In this document: positions 1 through 9,528 of the stretch, one piece after another | How the letters are laid out: every line of letters begins with the position of its first letter | Numbering within the stretch: position 1 is the first letter of the stretch | Assembly (NCBI GenBank): GCA_964393045.1 | Contig: CAYMRZ010000001.1 | Location: 2,102-41,202 of the forward strand | Source: an uncultured Bdellovibrionales bacterium | GTDB lineage: Bacteria > Patescibacteriota > Minisyncoccia > Moranbacterales > DUUL01 | Direction of reading: 5' to 3' | DNA length: 39,101 nt | Position numbers and translations under genes: made by a program | The notes under the pieces: generated by a model | Databases searched by the model: none | What the model was told of the DNA's origin: nothing | Seen by the model: only the letters and a program-made list of their open reading frames with translations

Positions 1-1628
1 TTGATTTAGATCAATCGCGTGATATTAGGTTAACACGGGCGGCCATGGAAAACGGGCCAGAAGAATTGCCCCTGCTGGGACCGCGGGCGGCTGGAAGCTA
101 TTTGCGCCTAGGGCCGATATTCTATTATTTTCAATTTATTTCTGCCAAAATATTTAACAGCGTAGAACCTCATGCGGTTGCTTTTCCAGACCTGTTTTTT
201 TCAATTCTCACCATACCTCTTCTCTATTATTTTTTGAGAAATTTTTTTGCAAGATTCAACGCTGTTTGCCTTACTGCAATTTACACTTTTTCTTTTATTG
301 CCATCCAATATTCCCGTTTTGCCTGGAATCCCAACAGTTTGCCTTTTTGGGGGATTTTATTTTTAACTGCTTTGCATAAAGCAGTTTCGAGTAAAAAAAG
401 AAAAAGGGCCGGGCAGTGGCTGTTGCTGGCTGCCTTGGCTTTTTCCATTGCCAGCCAGCTTCACTTTATGTCTCTTATGATTTTTAGCCTGGTGGCCGTT
501 ATTTACCTTTTAATTCATCGTCCGAGGATAAAAATAGGATATTGGCTGGGAGCGGTAGCCGTTGTCATGGTTTTTTATTTGCCCATGTTTTTCAGTGAAT
601 TTCAAACCAAGGGAGATAATTGGAAGCAATTTAGCTATGCCATGCTGGCCAAATCATCTCAAGAAGAATTGCCAGCGCGCATATATTATGTGCAGCAAAC
701 AGAGAAAATGGCGGACAATCTTTCTTTATTTTTACTGTCTTGGCAAAGCCAGCATTCCAAGTTGTCAGTTTATTTTGGCATATTCTTAGCGGTGTCCGGA
801 ACGATTTTATTGGCTTATTATTGGAAGAAAAAAGAAAATAAGCGCCCTTTTGTGAGCTTGGTATTTTTAGTTTTTGTCATCACTATCTTGGCGTGCTATA
901 AAGCTGATGCCAGCCTGAAACCGCGTTTTTTCTTTCCCATATTTTTTATGCCGCTTTTCTTTTTAGGACTATACTTTTTATTAACAGAAAAAATTTTTAA
1001 AGGCGGGATAGCTAAAATTTTAATTGTTTTGGTTAGCGGCATTGCTATAATTCTCAATCTTCAGGCAGTCGGTATGTGGTACAGCTATTTAGAAAATCAG
1101 GATATCAACGCCATTAAAAGAGGCTTTTATCTAAAGCAGTCCAATGGTGTTACTTTGGAAAAAATGAAAGCGGCTGCATATTATGCGGCAGAAAAAGCTA
1201 AGGAAAATAAAAAATTACTCTGTTTTTATACTAATCCAAAATACCGGCGTTCCGTGGAGTATGTTTTATCGTTGAAATATTCGGAAGATTTTTATGATCG
1301 CATCAGCCATTCCATGAAGACGAGTAAAAAGGAGAAGTGCCAGTTTTTTTCCATAAATCCGACTTTGGAAAAAGATGTTCTAAGTGAAAGGTATGAGATT
1401 AGTTTTTCAGTAAAGGACAGAGAAGGATTTGGCTTGATGTCTGTTTGGAATTTAGAACCGAAGCCGATTTATTTTGATTATGAAAAAATTAAGGATCTAA
1501 GGGAAAAAGAGGAAGATGAAGATGAAAACAAAGAAGAGATGAAGGAAGAAAAAGAGGAGAAAGATGATGATGAGTTGGAAAAGCCTCGACGCAAAGAAAG
1601 AGTTTTTTGGGGCGATGTGGCAAATTAG
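1..1628 (+). CDS. Polytopic membrane glycosyltransferase, GT39/ArnT (PMT_2)-like; 5' end lies upstream of the window; acidic low-complexity C-terminal tail
   Basis: Listed ORF 45..1628 stays open in the same frame back to nt 3 (DLDQSRDIRLTRAA precedes the listed Met), so the start is off-window. It has many hydrophobic segments. The N-terminal pattern LLGPRA...LGPIFYYF resembles ArnT/PMT-type enzymes. The tail is KEEDEDENKEEMKEEKEEKDDDE. Confidence 0.55.
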   Translation, partial: DLDQSRDIRLTRAAMENGPEELPLLGPRAAGSYLRLGPIFYYFQFISAKIFNSVEPHAVAFPDLFFSILTIPLLYYFLRNFFARFNAVCLTAIYTFSFIAIQYSRFAWNPNSLPFWGILFLTALHKAVSSKKRKRAGQWLLLAALAFSIASQLHFMSLMIFSLVAVIYLLIHRPRIKIGYWLGAVAVVMVFYLPMFFSEFQTKGDNWKQFSYAMLAKSSQEELPARIYYVQQTEKMADNLSLFLLSWQSQHSKLSVYFGIFLAVSGTILLAYYWKKKENKRPFVSLVFLVFVITILACYKADASLKPRFFFPIFFMPLFFLGLYFLLTEKIFKGGIAKILIVLVSGIAIILNLQAVGMWYSYLENQDINAIKRGFYLKQSNGVTLEKMKAAAYYAAEKAKENKKLLCFYTNPKYRRSVEYVLSLKYSEDFYDRISHSMKTSKKEKCQFFSINPTLEKDVLSERYEISFSVKDREGFGLMSVWNLEPKPIYFDYEKIKDLREKEEDEDENKEEMKEEKEEKDDDELEKPRRKERVFWGDVAN

Positions 1629-1730
1629 CTTATTGGGAATTAGTTGGTTGGCTTATTAGCAGAGAGCGGTTTTAATGATTTGGAATTCCCGCTAATATAA
1701 ATTACTTATAATTTATGTAACAATAAAAAT

Positions 1731-2528
1731 ATGGGAAAGTTTGGCATAAGCGAAGAAAAAATAAAAAAGTGGCGGGATAATCCAATTTTAATGGAAGGAG
1801 ACAATGGCATTTGTTTTATTCTAATTTATGGCTGGTCTGCTATGCCAAGGCAAATGAAGGATTTTGCTAAAATCCTTAATCAGCAAGGGTATTGGATATA
1901 CGTGCCAAAATTGAAAGGCCACGGTACTCGACCGGAGGACCTGGAAAACGCCGAAGCTGAGGACTGGATCCGTGATGTGGAAAGAGCTTATGATGAAATG
2001 AAAAATAATCCAAGAATCAAAAAAATATGTGCTTTAGGCAACTCAATGGGAGGAAGCCTCTCTGTTATTTTAAGTTTAAAAAGAAAAACAGAGGGAATAG
2101 TTTTGCTGGGTACGCCAGTGCATCTCAAATATCAATTTATTATTTCTTTTATTGCCCGGTCAGCTTCTTGGTTTAATTTATACTGTAGAAAAACTTATCC
2201 TAAAAATATAAAAAAGGATTATCCTGGTTCTACCTCCTATCAGTATTTTCCCCTAAAGAGTGTTGTAGAATGTTTGAAGATTATTAAAGAAGCTGCCTAT
2301 GGCATGGATAAAGTAACGGCTCCGGTATTGATATTGCAAACCAACCAAGATTATATGGTTCCTAAATATGCTCCTTGGATAATTTATAATCGAATTAGAT
2401 CTAAGATTAAAGAAATTCACTTTATTGAGTCGAAATATGAAAACCATACTATGACAGATGAGGAAATAGAAGGGGCAGCGGTAAGAATAAATAATTTTTT
2501 AAGAAAAATTTTTAAGGCAAAAAGATGA
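1731..2528 (+). CDS. alpha/beta-fold hydrolase (carboxylesterase/lipase-like)
   Basis: 265 aa with nucleophile elbow GNSMGG (G-x-S-x-G) and a C-terminal His candidate (ENHTM). The TGA stop overlaps the next start (ATGA at 2525-2528). Confidence 0.75.
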   Translation: MGKFGISEEKIKKWRDNPILMEGDNGICFILIYGWSAMPRQMKDFAKILNQQGYWIYVPKLKGHGTRPEDLENAEAEDWIRDVERAYDEMKNNPRIKKICALGNSMGGSLSVILSLKRKTEGIVLLGTPVHLKYQFIISFIARSASWFNLYCRKTYPKNIKKDYPGSTSYQYFPLKSVVECLKIIKEAAYGMDKVTAPVLILQTNQDYMVPKYAPWIIYNRIRSKIKEIHFIESKYENHTMTDEEIEGAAVRINNFLRKIFKAKR

Positions 2529-3685
2529 AAATCGGTTATTTTACCAACACTTATCTTCCCAATGAATACGGATCTACTAATTCCATCCGCTATTTTCGCA
2601 AAGGACTGGAAAAGCTTGGTCATGAAATTTATATTTTTGCTCCTAAATTTAGAGGCTACGAGGAGCAAGATGACCACGTGATCCGCTACCCTTCTTTTCA
2701 CTGGCAATACAAAATAACTTACCCAATCGCTTTTTGTTTTTATCCGCCGATGAATTTAATTTTTAAGAAATTAAATTTAGATTTAATTCATTCTCAGCAG
2801 CCTTTTAATGTGGGCGTGGCTGGAAAAAAATTTGCTGAAAAATTTAATTTGCCTTTAATTTTTACTTATCATTGCCGTTATGAAGATTATATCCATTATA
2901 TTCCGCTGCCTTTTAAGGAACTAGTTAGAAGGTATGTCGTTTCTCATGCAAAAAAGTTTGCCAATCAGTGTGATCAAGTGATTGCTCCTAGTTCTCAAAT
3001 TAAAAATATTTTACAACAGCGGGGCGTCTCTGCGCCAATTGAAGTTTTATCTACTGGCATAAATTGGAAAAAATTTCAACAAGGAAATAGGGAAGCGATA
3101 AGAAGGAAATATGGAATTAAAAAAGAAGAGATATTGCTGTTGAATATAGGACGAATTGAAAAGGAAAAGAATATCAATTTTCTCTTTAATAGTGCTGTGG
3201 AAGTATTAAAATTTAATAATAAAATTAAATTAATGATGGTGGGCGACGGTTCGGAAAAAGAGCAGCTGAAGAAGAAAGCGCAAAGGGAAGAATTGAGTGA
3301 GAGAATTATTTTTTCTAATCTGGTAGCCCAAAAAGATATTGCGGATTATTATGCGGCCGGAGACATATTTATTCACGCCTCTCTTTCGGAAACCCAGGGA
3401 ATTACCATTAATGAAGCGATGGCAGCTGGTTTGCCCATAGTAGCGGTTAGAGCCAGTGGAGTGGAAGATTCTATTGAAAGCGGCTATTCTGGCATACTTA
3501 CTGAAAATAACCAAAAAGTTTTTACTGAAGAAATAAAAAAAATAATAAAAAACGAGAGTCAAAGAAAAATTTTATCCCGAAATACCCGAGAAACAGCCAG
3601 GAATTTTGACTACATGACAAAGGCCCAAAAAATGGAAAAAATTTACCAAAATTTGATAAATAGTGCTAAAATTAAAAATAGATAA
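2525..3685 (+). CDS. Glycosyltransferase family 4 (GT-B, group 1)
   Basis: 386 aa. N-terminal MKIGYFTNTYLPNEYGS and the C-terminal E-x7-E region SLSETQGITINEAMAAGLPIV are typical of GT4 enzymes. Translationally coupled to the upstream hydrolase. Confidence 0.85.
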   Translation: MKIGYFTNTYLPNEYGSTNSIRYFRKGLEKLGHEIYIFAPKFRGYEEQDDHVIRYPSFHWQYKITYPIAFCFYPPMNLIFKKLNLDLIHSQQPFNVGVAGKKFAEKFNLPLIFTYHCRYEDYIHYIPLPFKELVRRYVVSHAKKFANQCDQVIAPSSQIKNILQQRGVSAPIEVLSTGINWKKFQQGNREAIRRKYGIKKEEILLLNIGRIEKEKNINFLFNSAVEVLKFNNKIKLMMVGDGSEKEQLKKKAQREELSERIIFSNLVAQKDIADYYAAGDIFIHASLSETQGITINEAMAAGLPIVAVRASGVEDSIESGYSGILTENNQKVFTEEIKKIIKNESQRKILSRNTRETARNFDYMTKAQKMEKIYQNLINSAKIKNR

Positions 3686-3700
3686 TCAATAATTTTTTAA

Positions 3701-4951
3701 ATGAAAGTCAGTTTTCTTGCCATTATTGGATTACTGGTCAATGCTATTTTAACTTTGCTGAAATTGGTAGCCGGATTTTTATCCGGTTCAGTAGCTATTT
3801 TAGCGGAAGGCATTCATTCTGCAGCTGATGTTTTTTCTTCCTCGGTAGCGGTATGGGGAATTAGAAAAGCGGGAAAACCGGCAGATGAAAAGCATCCCTA
3901 TGGCTATGCCCGATATGAGTCATTGGCCAGTTTGGTAGTAGTTTTGTTGTTGATTATTGGTGCTGCTTGGATTATTTATGAGGCAGTAAAATCGATAACC
4001 AGCGGTGAAGAAATAGCGGAATTTAGCTTGCTGGGAATAATTATTATGGCGATATCCATTGTTTTAAATGAAATAATGGCGCGCTTAAAATTTCATTTTG
4101 GCTCTAGGCAAGGATCCCAAGTACTGGTGGCTGACGGACAGCATGACCGGGCGGATGTAGTGGCTTCTGCTGCTGTCTTAGTAGGTTTAATTCTAGTTAA
4201 ATGGATCCCCGTGGCAGATGCCATTTTAGCTATTTTAGTCGGCCTTTATATTCTTTACGAATCAATTGATCTAACCAAGGAAAGCGTGGAGTCTCTAGTA
4301 GATACTGCTAATCCGGATTTGGAAGAAAAAATTAAAAAATACTTGAAAGAAAATAATCTCGAATTTGATGAGATTAAAACTCGGAAAATCGGGAATTCAA
4401 ATTTTGCGGAAATATTCTTGGTTTTTGGCGATAAAATTCAAATGGATAAAGTAGATACTATTTTAAGGAAATTGCAAAATGATTTGCTTAAAAAAATTAA
4501 CGAATTAACCAGCGTGACTTTGTCAGTAAAATCTCATTCCGTTAGGTCTGGCGTGCTCCGGCCGGCTGTTTGGGGCAAATTCCGCTATCGCAGAAAAATA
4601 GAGAAAGAAAGAGAAAAGCTGAATGTTCCCAAAGTAGAAGGGGATTACCGAGTGGCTATTCCGCTCCTAGAAGACAAAAATAAAATTCCTCCTAATCAGC
4701 TAGGGGCTAAATTTTATTTATTAATTGATTTAAAAAATAATAAAATTATAAAAAAAGAAACAATAAAAAATGATTTTTATACTCCCGAGGCGGGTAGGGG
4801 AGTAAAGTTTTTAAATAATTTTCGGGTGAATAAAGTTTTAGCCAAACATATTGGCAAAGGGGCCAAGGAAAATCTAAAAGGGAAAAATATTGAGTGGGAA
4901 GTTCTGGAAGACGAAACTACATTAGAAAATATTTTGGATAGGTACAGATAA
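3701..4951 (+). CDS. Cation diffusion facilitator (CDF) metal efflux transporter with a C-terminal NifX/NifB-like (Nitro_FeMo-Co-type) extension
   Basis: Six hydrophobic segments. CDF metal-site motifs are HSAADV (H-x3-D) and HDRADV (H-D-x2-D), followed by a cytoplasmic CTD. About 110 extra residues follow (YRVAIPLLEDKN...GRGVKFLNNFRVNKVLAKHIGKGAKENLKGKNIEW) and resemble the small NifX/NifB-type domain. Confidence 0.8.
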   Translation: MKVSFLAIIGLLVNAILTLLKLVAGFLSGSVAILAEGIHSAADVFSSSVAVWGIRKAGKPADEKHPYGYARYESLASLVVVLLLIIGAAWIIYEAVKSITSGEEIAEFSLLGIIIMAISIVLNEIMARLKFHFGSRQGSQVLVADGQHDRADVVASAAVLVGLILVKWIPVADAILAILVGLYILYESIDLTKESVESLVDTANPDLEEKIKKYLKENNLEFDEIKTRKIGNSNFAEIFLVFGDKIQMDKVDTILRKLQNDLLKKINELTSVTLSVKSHSVRSGVLRPAVWGKFRYRRKIEKEREKLNVPKVEGDYRVAIPLLEDKNKIPPNQLGAKFYLLIDLKNNKIIKKETIKNDFYTPEAGRGVKFLNNFRVNKVLAKHIGKGAKENLKGKNIEWEVLEDETTLENILDRYR

Positions 4952-4956
4952 AATTT

Positions 4957-6156
4957 TTAGTTACAATTTACAACCTCTTCAATTTTCATTGTTGCATCAA
5001 TAGTGTGTTGCATATTATCAACTCGAATCCTATCATCTCCTTTTTTATATCTAATCCCACCAAAGATTTTTGCTTTTTTATACTTTTTATCATCCATTTC
5101 TTTCTCTTTAAATTGTAAACTTTCTAAATTTTTAATAGCTAGCTTTAAAGATTCAAGATATTTGTTTTTGTGCTCTTGGTCTCTAGCACTAACTGCTATT
5201 TCATAAGCATAAGCTAAGCCTTCGGTATAAACTGCATCTGAGGAAACATGCGGACTTCCATACTCCGGGTATTTGGGATTATAGAATCTTCCAAGATATT
5301 CTTTTTTATCTTGTATTTTCACAAGTTCATCATTCATTGTAAAGATAGCTTCAATATAATTATTATCTTTAGTGATTTTATATAATTTATTAAGTGATTG
5401 GGTGTGCCAAGGCACGTAAGCAGGATAGTAGTTTTCTTTGATATTTTTTACATACTTTTTCAAATAAAAATTTTGGGCCAGAATTGCTTTTTCTAAATAA
5501 TATTTATTCCCAGTTTTATTATAATAATCGACTAAGGAAAGTATAGCTTCGCCAGAATAGAAAGTAAGCAAATAATCTTTGTCATATTTATAGTCAGGTT
5601 CAATAAAAAAGGGTTTAAATTCTCCTTCTTTATTCATTGAGTTTGTTATGCTCGTGGCAATTTTTTCTGCTTCATTTTTATACTGTTCAAACCAGGGACT
5701 ATAAGTTAATGTTCTGAGGAACATAGCGTTAGCTCCCAATTTTGATTTATTGTTATAGAAAATGTAGCCTTCATTATCCCTCTCTTTGTACCAATATTTA
5801 AAAATAAATTCCAAGTTTTTTTTATGGTAATTTAAAAATATTTCATCATTACTCTTGGCTAATTTGGCTGCTAAAGCAGAAGTCATGAGTTGGCGGATAG
5901 CGTTGTTTTTATTTGGAAATTCATCTTCCTGGGGAATATAAATATAATGCCATAAGCCTTTATTTCTAAAATTATTTTTCAACCATTCAATGGCAGCACT
6001 TCTTATTTCCTTGTTTTTCAAGCAAAGGTCTTTATGACTTTTTATCTCTGATAAATCTTTGTTAATTCCTTGTTTTTTAAATTGTAGAAAGATAAAGGAA
6101 AAAAGGAAAATAAGTAGAAAGATAGAAATAATAAAAATTATTTTTTTTGAATACAT
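4957..6156 (-). CDS. Membrane-anchored hypothetical protein, possibly an (alpha/alpha)6-toroid fold
   Basis: 399-aa ORF filling the gap between convergent genes, with one N-terminal TM (IIFIISIFLLIFLFSFIFL). Repeated aromatic-rich helical segments (GEAILSLVDYY, GLAYAYEIA) are present. The fold call is weak. Confidence 0.55.
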   Translation of the reverse strand: MYSKKIIFIISIFLLIFLFSFIFLQFKKQGINKDLSEIKSHKDLCLKNKEIRSAAIEWLKNNFRNKGLWHYIYIPQEDEFPNKNNAIRQLMTSALAAKLAKSNDEIFLNYHKKNLEFIFKYWYKERDNEGYIFYNNKSKLGANAMFLRTLTYSPWFEQYKNEAEKIATSITNSMNKEGEFKPFFIEPDYKYDKDYLLTFYSGEAILSLVDYYNKTGNKYYLEKAILAQNFYLKKYVKNIKENYYPAYVPWHTQSLNKLYKITKDNNYIEAIFTMNDELVKIQDKKEYLGRFYNPKYPEYGSPHVSSDAVYTEGLAYAYEIAVSARDQEHKNKYLESLKLAIKNLESLQFKEKEMDDKKYKKAKIFGGIRYKKGDDRIRVDNMQHTIDATMKIEEVVNCN

Positions 6157-6171
6157 TTTAATTATTTATTT

Positions 6172-8325
6172 TTATTCCCAATGAGCGTTAATCTCCAGCT
6201 TTTCCAGCTGGTTTTTTAATTTTGGAAACTTTTGTAATTCCTTATCAAAGCTCAATACTCGCTGAGCTTCCATGCGTGCTGCTTGAATACTTTTTACATC
6301 AGAAAGAGATTCCATAGCTACATCTGGCAAGCCGGATTGCATGGTGCCTAAGAATTGCCCAGGACCGCGCAAGTGTAAATCTTCTTTGGCAATTTTGAAA
6401 CCGTCATTGGTTTTTTCCATGGCTTTCAGTCGTCGAGTAGAATCGCCTACACTTTCTGAAGTAAACAAAAAACAATAAGATTGGTGCTCGCCGCGACCGA
6501 CTCGCCCGCGAAATTGATGAAGCTGGGAAAGTCCGAAACGCTCTGCTCCCTCAATCAACATAATAGTAGCGTTGGGAATGTCGATACCCACTTCTACCAC
6601 CGAAGTAGAAACTAAAATATCAATTTTTTTATTTTTTAATTTTTTCATAACCTGGTTTTTTTCTGCTGGCTTGATGCGGCCGTGCAACAATCCCAATTTG
6701 AAATCTTGAAATATATTTTTTTGCAGCCATTCAAACTCCTCAGCAGCGGCTTTTACTTCGGAAATTTTAGAAGACTCCTCCACTAAAGGGCAGATGATGA
6801 AAGCTTGGCGTCCGGATTGAATTTGCTGTTTAACAAAATTATAGATTTGATCCCGCCCCTTTTTGCTGATTACTTGGGTAATGATTTTTTTTCTTCCTTT
6901 TGGCATTTCGTCGATAATGGATAGATCTAAATTGCCAAAAATTGCCAATGAAAGGGAGCGAGGAATGGGCGTGGCTGTCATAGTAAGTAAGTGAGGAGTA
7001 GTTTTTGATCGGCCGTCATCCAGCGTAGAAGTTTTTTGTTGTAAATAAGCGCGTTGGTTTACTCCAAAGCGGTGCTGTTCATCAATAATAACCAATGCCA
7101 GATTTTTAAAATTAACCTGGTTCTGCAGGATGGCATGAGTGCCAATTACCAAATCAATTTTGCCTTTGGCAATTTTTTCCAACAATATTTTTCTAGACAC
7201 TTTCTTCCCATTAATTCTTTTTTCTGAGGCGGTTAATAAAGCTATTTTAAAGCTGTAATTTTCAAAAAATTTTTGTATGTCTCGGGCATGCTGGATAGCC
7301 AAAACTTCTGTGGGAGCCAGCAAGGCAGCTTGGAATTTTTTATTAATAACCGAAAAAATCGCCATGGCTGCTACCACTGTTTTCCCGCTGCCCACATCGC
7401 CTTCCAGGAGCCGGTTCATAGGAATGTTTTTTTCCAAGTCTTGAATAATCTGCCAAGCAGATTTTTTCTGGGCATTAGTCAAATCAAAGGGAAGATTTTC
7501 CACGAATTTTTTTATTATCTTTTCATTGAATTTTATTTTCAGAGCTTGCTTTTTTTGCCAATCTCCCTTGGTTTGCAGTGCCTTTAGCTGAATTAAAAAC
7601 ATTTTTTCAAAAGCAAAACGTTTTTTGGCCTCAGAAGAATCTTTTAAATTAGCAGGAAAGTGAATTTTTCGCAGAGCGGATTTTAGATTGGTTAATTCCT
7701 GGGAGTTTAGAATATCTTGGGGGATAAATTCTTCTATCTTCACTTGGTTGAGAAGTTTTTTTATAATCCTCCTCAGCCAATAGGAAGTGATCCCGACTGT
7801 TTCCGGATAAATGGGAATCAATGAGCCAGTGGCAGTGTTATTTTTTCCTTCTGCAACATTATGCTTGCCAGACATGCTGACGGTAGCACTAGGGACATGG
7901 TTAAATTGCGTTTTGGAAAGCATTTCAAAATTAGGATGCTGGAAATAAGGTTCGTTTTTTTTGGTTGATTTTACTGTTCCGCTAAGCTGGACATATTTCC
8001 CCTTAGACAGAAACTTTACGGGCAAAGGATAATTGAACCAAACGGCTTTGATAACGCCGGTTTCGTCCTCAATATAAGCTTCAGTAATAGTCATTCTTTT
8101 TTTCCAGGTGCGAGTAGTTTTAATGCTTTTCACCCTCCCTTTAGTGGTAACAGTTTCTGATAAATTAATTTTACTGATTTTTTTTGTCACGGAAAAATCA
8201 TCATATCGATGGGGAAAGTGATACAATAAATCGCTGGCAGTAGAAATATTTAAGCTTGCCAATTTTTTAATCTGGTTTTTATTAATTCCAATAATTTTTT
8301 TTACCGGCGTATCAAAGTTATACAT
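6172..8325 (-). CDS. recG: ATP-dependent DNA helicase RecG
   Basis: 717 aa with an N-terminal wedge/OB region. Helicase motifs are GDVGSGKT (Walker A), DEQHRFG (motif II), TATPIPR and QLHQFRGRVGRG (motif VI). Confidence 0.93.
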   Translation of the reverse strand: MYNFDTPVKKIIGINKNQIKKLASLNISTASDLLYHFPHRYDDFSVTKKISKINLSETVTTKGRVKSIKTTRTWKKRMTITEAYIEDETGVIKAVWFNYPLPVKFLSKGKYVQLSGTVKSTKKNEPYFQHPNFEMLSKTQFNHVPSATVSMSGKHNVAEGKNNTATGSLIPIYPETVGITSYWLRRIIKKLLNQVKIEEFIPQDILNSQELTNLKSALRKIHFPANLKDSSEAKKRFAFEKMFLIQLKALQTKGDWQKKQALKIKFNEKIIKKFVENLPFDLTNAQKKSAWQIIQDLEKNIPMNRLLEGDVGSGKTVVAAMAIFSVINKKFQAALLAPTEVLAIQHARDIQKFFENYSFKIALLTASEKRINGKKVSRKILLEKIAKGKIDLVIGTHAILQNQVNFKNLALVIIDEQHRFGVNQRAYLQQKTSTLDDGRSKTTPHLLTMTATPIPRSLSLAIFGNLDLSIIDEMPKGRKKIITQVISKKGRDQIYNFVKQQIQSGRQAFIICPLVEESSKISEVKAAAEEFEWLQKNIFQDFKLGLLHGRIKPAEKNQVMKKLKNKKIDILVSTSVVEVGIDIPNATIMLIEGAERFGLSQLHQFRGRVGRGEHQSYCFLFTSESVGDSTRRLKAMEKTNDGFKIAKEDLHLRGPGQFLGTMQSGLPDVAMESLSDVKSIQAARMEAQRVLSFDKELQKFPKLKNQLEKLEINAHWE

Positions 8326-8498
8326 AAGGCATTAAGAGTAAATTTTATTTTTTAAGCAGAAAAGAACTATTTAACTTAACTAAGCTAAACTATAAAAAAA
8401 CTGAATTAATTTTAACAAAAAAGTGCCAGAAAAGAAAATTTTTTACTTTGAGTAATATTTTTTTAATTTTACAACAGAGCTACCTTTTTCAAGAAAAG

Positions 8499-8534
8499 AA
8501 AACCGTCCTTTATTTTTAAGTGGACGGTTTTTTG
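8499..8534. terminator. Bidirectional rho-independent terminator
   Basis: AAAACCGTCC (8499-8508) pairs with GGACGGTTTT (8522-8531) across a 13-nt loop. An A-run precedes it and a T-run follows. It lies 13 nt downstream of the minus-strand 63-aa ORF. Confidence 0.7.
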
Positions 8535-8546
8535 ACGTTTAGGTTA

Positions 8547-8738
8547 TCAGACGATAGCAGTCGTTTTTTCTGTCTTTAGTCGTTGGATCTCTTCTTCACA
8601 ATGGATAAATCTTTGACATCTTGGACAGACATTTCCTGGGGCTCCTAAAACATAGCCGCGTTCCTCTAGGAATTGTTCCTCCTTGGGGATTTTAAAGATG
8701 TTGCTGCATAAAGGACAAAAGGTCTCTATCATTTCCAT
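8547..8738 (-). CDS. Small zinc-ribbon protein (CxxC...CxxC), hypothetical
   Basis: 63 aa with CPLC and CPRC pairs. It has a strong SD (AAAAGGAGAAAATAC ATG on the minus strand) and its own terminator. Confidence 0.6.
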   Translation of the reverse strand: MEMIETFCPLCSNIFKIPKEEQFLEERGYVLGAPGNVCPRCQRFIHCEEEIQRLKTEKTTAIV

Positions 8739-9127
8739 GTATTTTCTCCTTTTCGAATTATGGGGTTATTAAAAAAAGAGCAAGTTTTTATTATAAACGA
8801 ATTTTGATATTTGTCAAGCCCTGGAATTTACAATAATAACAATATAGCAACATAATGATATATCATTAAAAAGTTATTTTAAGGCTTGTTTTTTGCAGAA
8901 AGATTAAAACATTCCAATAACTATTGGAATGTTTACAGATTTCTATTACACCTTTTCTATGGAAATTTCCAAGATTGTAATTTTGGAAGTAACAATGGGG
9001 AATTATAGCCTTGGCATTAATTTCAAGAACTTAAACATTTTTAATGTAAACAATAGACATAATATAAATTAGTAAATTTTAAAACAGGAGATTAATGGAA
9101 AAAGGCGGTGATAGGCCGTTTACTCTT

Positions 9128-9155
9128 TTGACTTTTCCTTAAAATAAGCTATAAT
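9128..9155 (+). promoter_or_regulatory. Sigma70-like promoter upstream of the tRNA-Lys locus
   Basis: TTGACT (9128-9133), 16-nt spacer, TATAAT (9150-9155). Confidence 0.5.
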
Positions 9156-9286
9156 TTAATTAAGTAACTAGTGGGAGTATGATAAAAAGGCTTGGCAATA
9201 TATAATCTTTATTTAAAATTTATTTTCCAAAATTATATATTTCCAGGCTTTTATAAATATTTTAAAAATAAAAATTAAACTGATAT

Positions 9287-9340
9287 GCCCCTATAGCTCA
9301 GCTGGTAGATCCGCCAGCCGGCGGACTCTTAAGCCGACGT
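9287..9340 (+). pseudogene. Truncated tRNA-Lys(CTT) 5' copy carrying a perfect hairpin in place of the D-stem 3' strand and anticodon-stem 5' strand
   Basis: Nt 9287-9309 are identical to tRNA-Lys positions 1-23. Then comes TCCGCC-AGCC-GGCGGA (9311-9326). Then CTCTTAAGCCGACG, which is identical to the anticodon loop plus 3' stem strand. There is no T arm or acceptor 3' strand. It sits 29 nt upstream of the intact gene. Confidence 0.7.
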
Positions 9341-9369
9341 TTCTAATACTTAACTTAATATAAATATAT

Positions 9370-9442
9370 GCCCCTATAGCTCAGCTGGTAGAGCAGCGGC
9401 CTCTTAAGCCGACGGTCCCAGGTTCGAGTCCTGGTGGGGGTA
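9370..9442 (+). tRNA. tRNA-Lys (anticodon CTT), CCA not encoded
   Basis: Hand-folded 73-nt cloverleaf: GCCCCTA/TGGGGGT acceptor, GCTC-AGCTGGTA-GAGC D arm, anticodon loop CTCTTAA, T arm CCAGG-TTCGAGT-CCTGG, discriminator A. Confidence 0.9.
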
Positions 9443-9528
9443 CAAATCTCAATTTTTAGTTTAAAATTTTAAATTTACAACGCCCCCTCCCTTAGTTGAA
9501 GTAAATACTTAAAACAAAAAATAATTCT

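Noticed and set aside
2526-2528. Alternative genetic code (UGA recoded, as in some candidate phyla)
   Set aside because: TGA terminates well-defined genes at full homologous length: the hydrolase at 2526-2528, gap at 14527-14529 and ftsW at 24990-24992. Conserved proteins contain no in-frame TGA.
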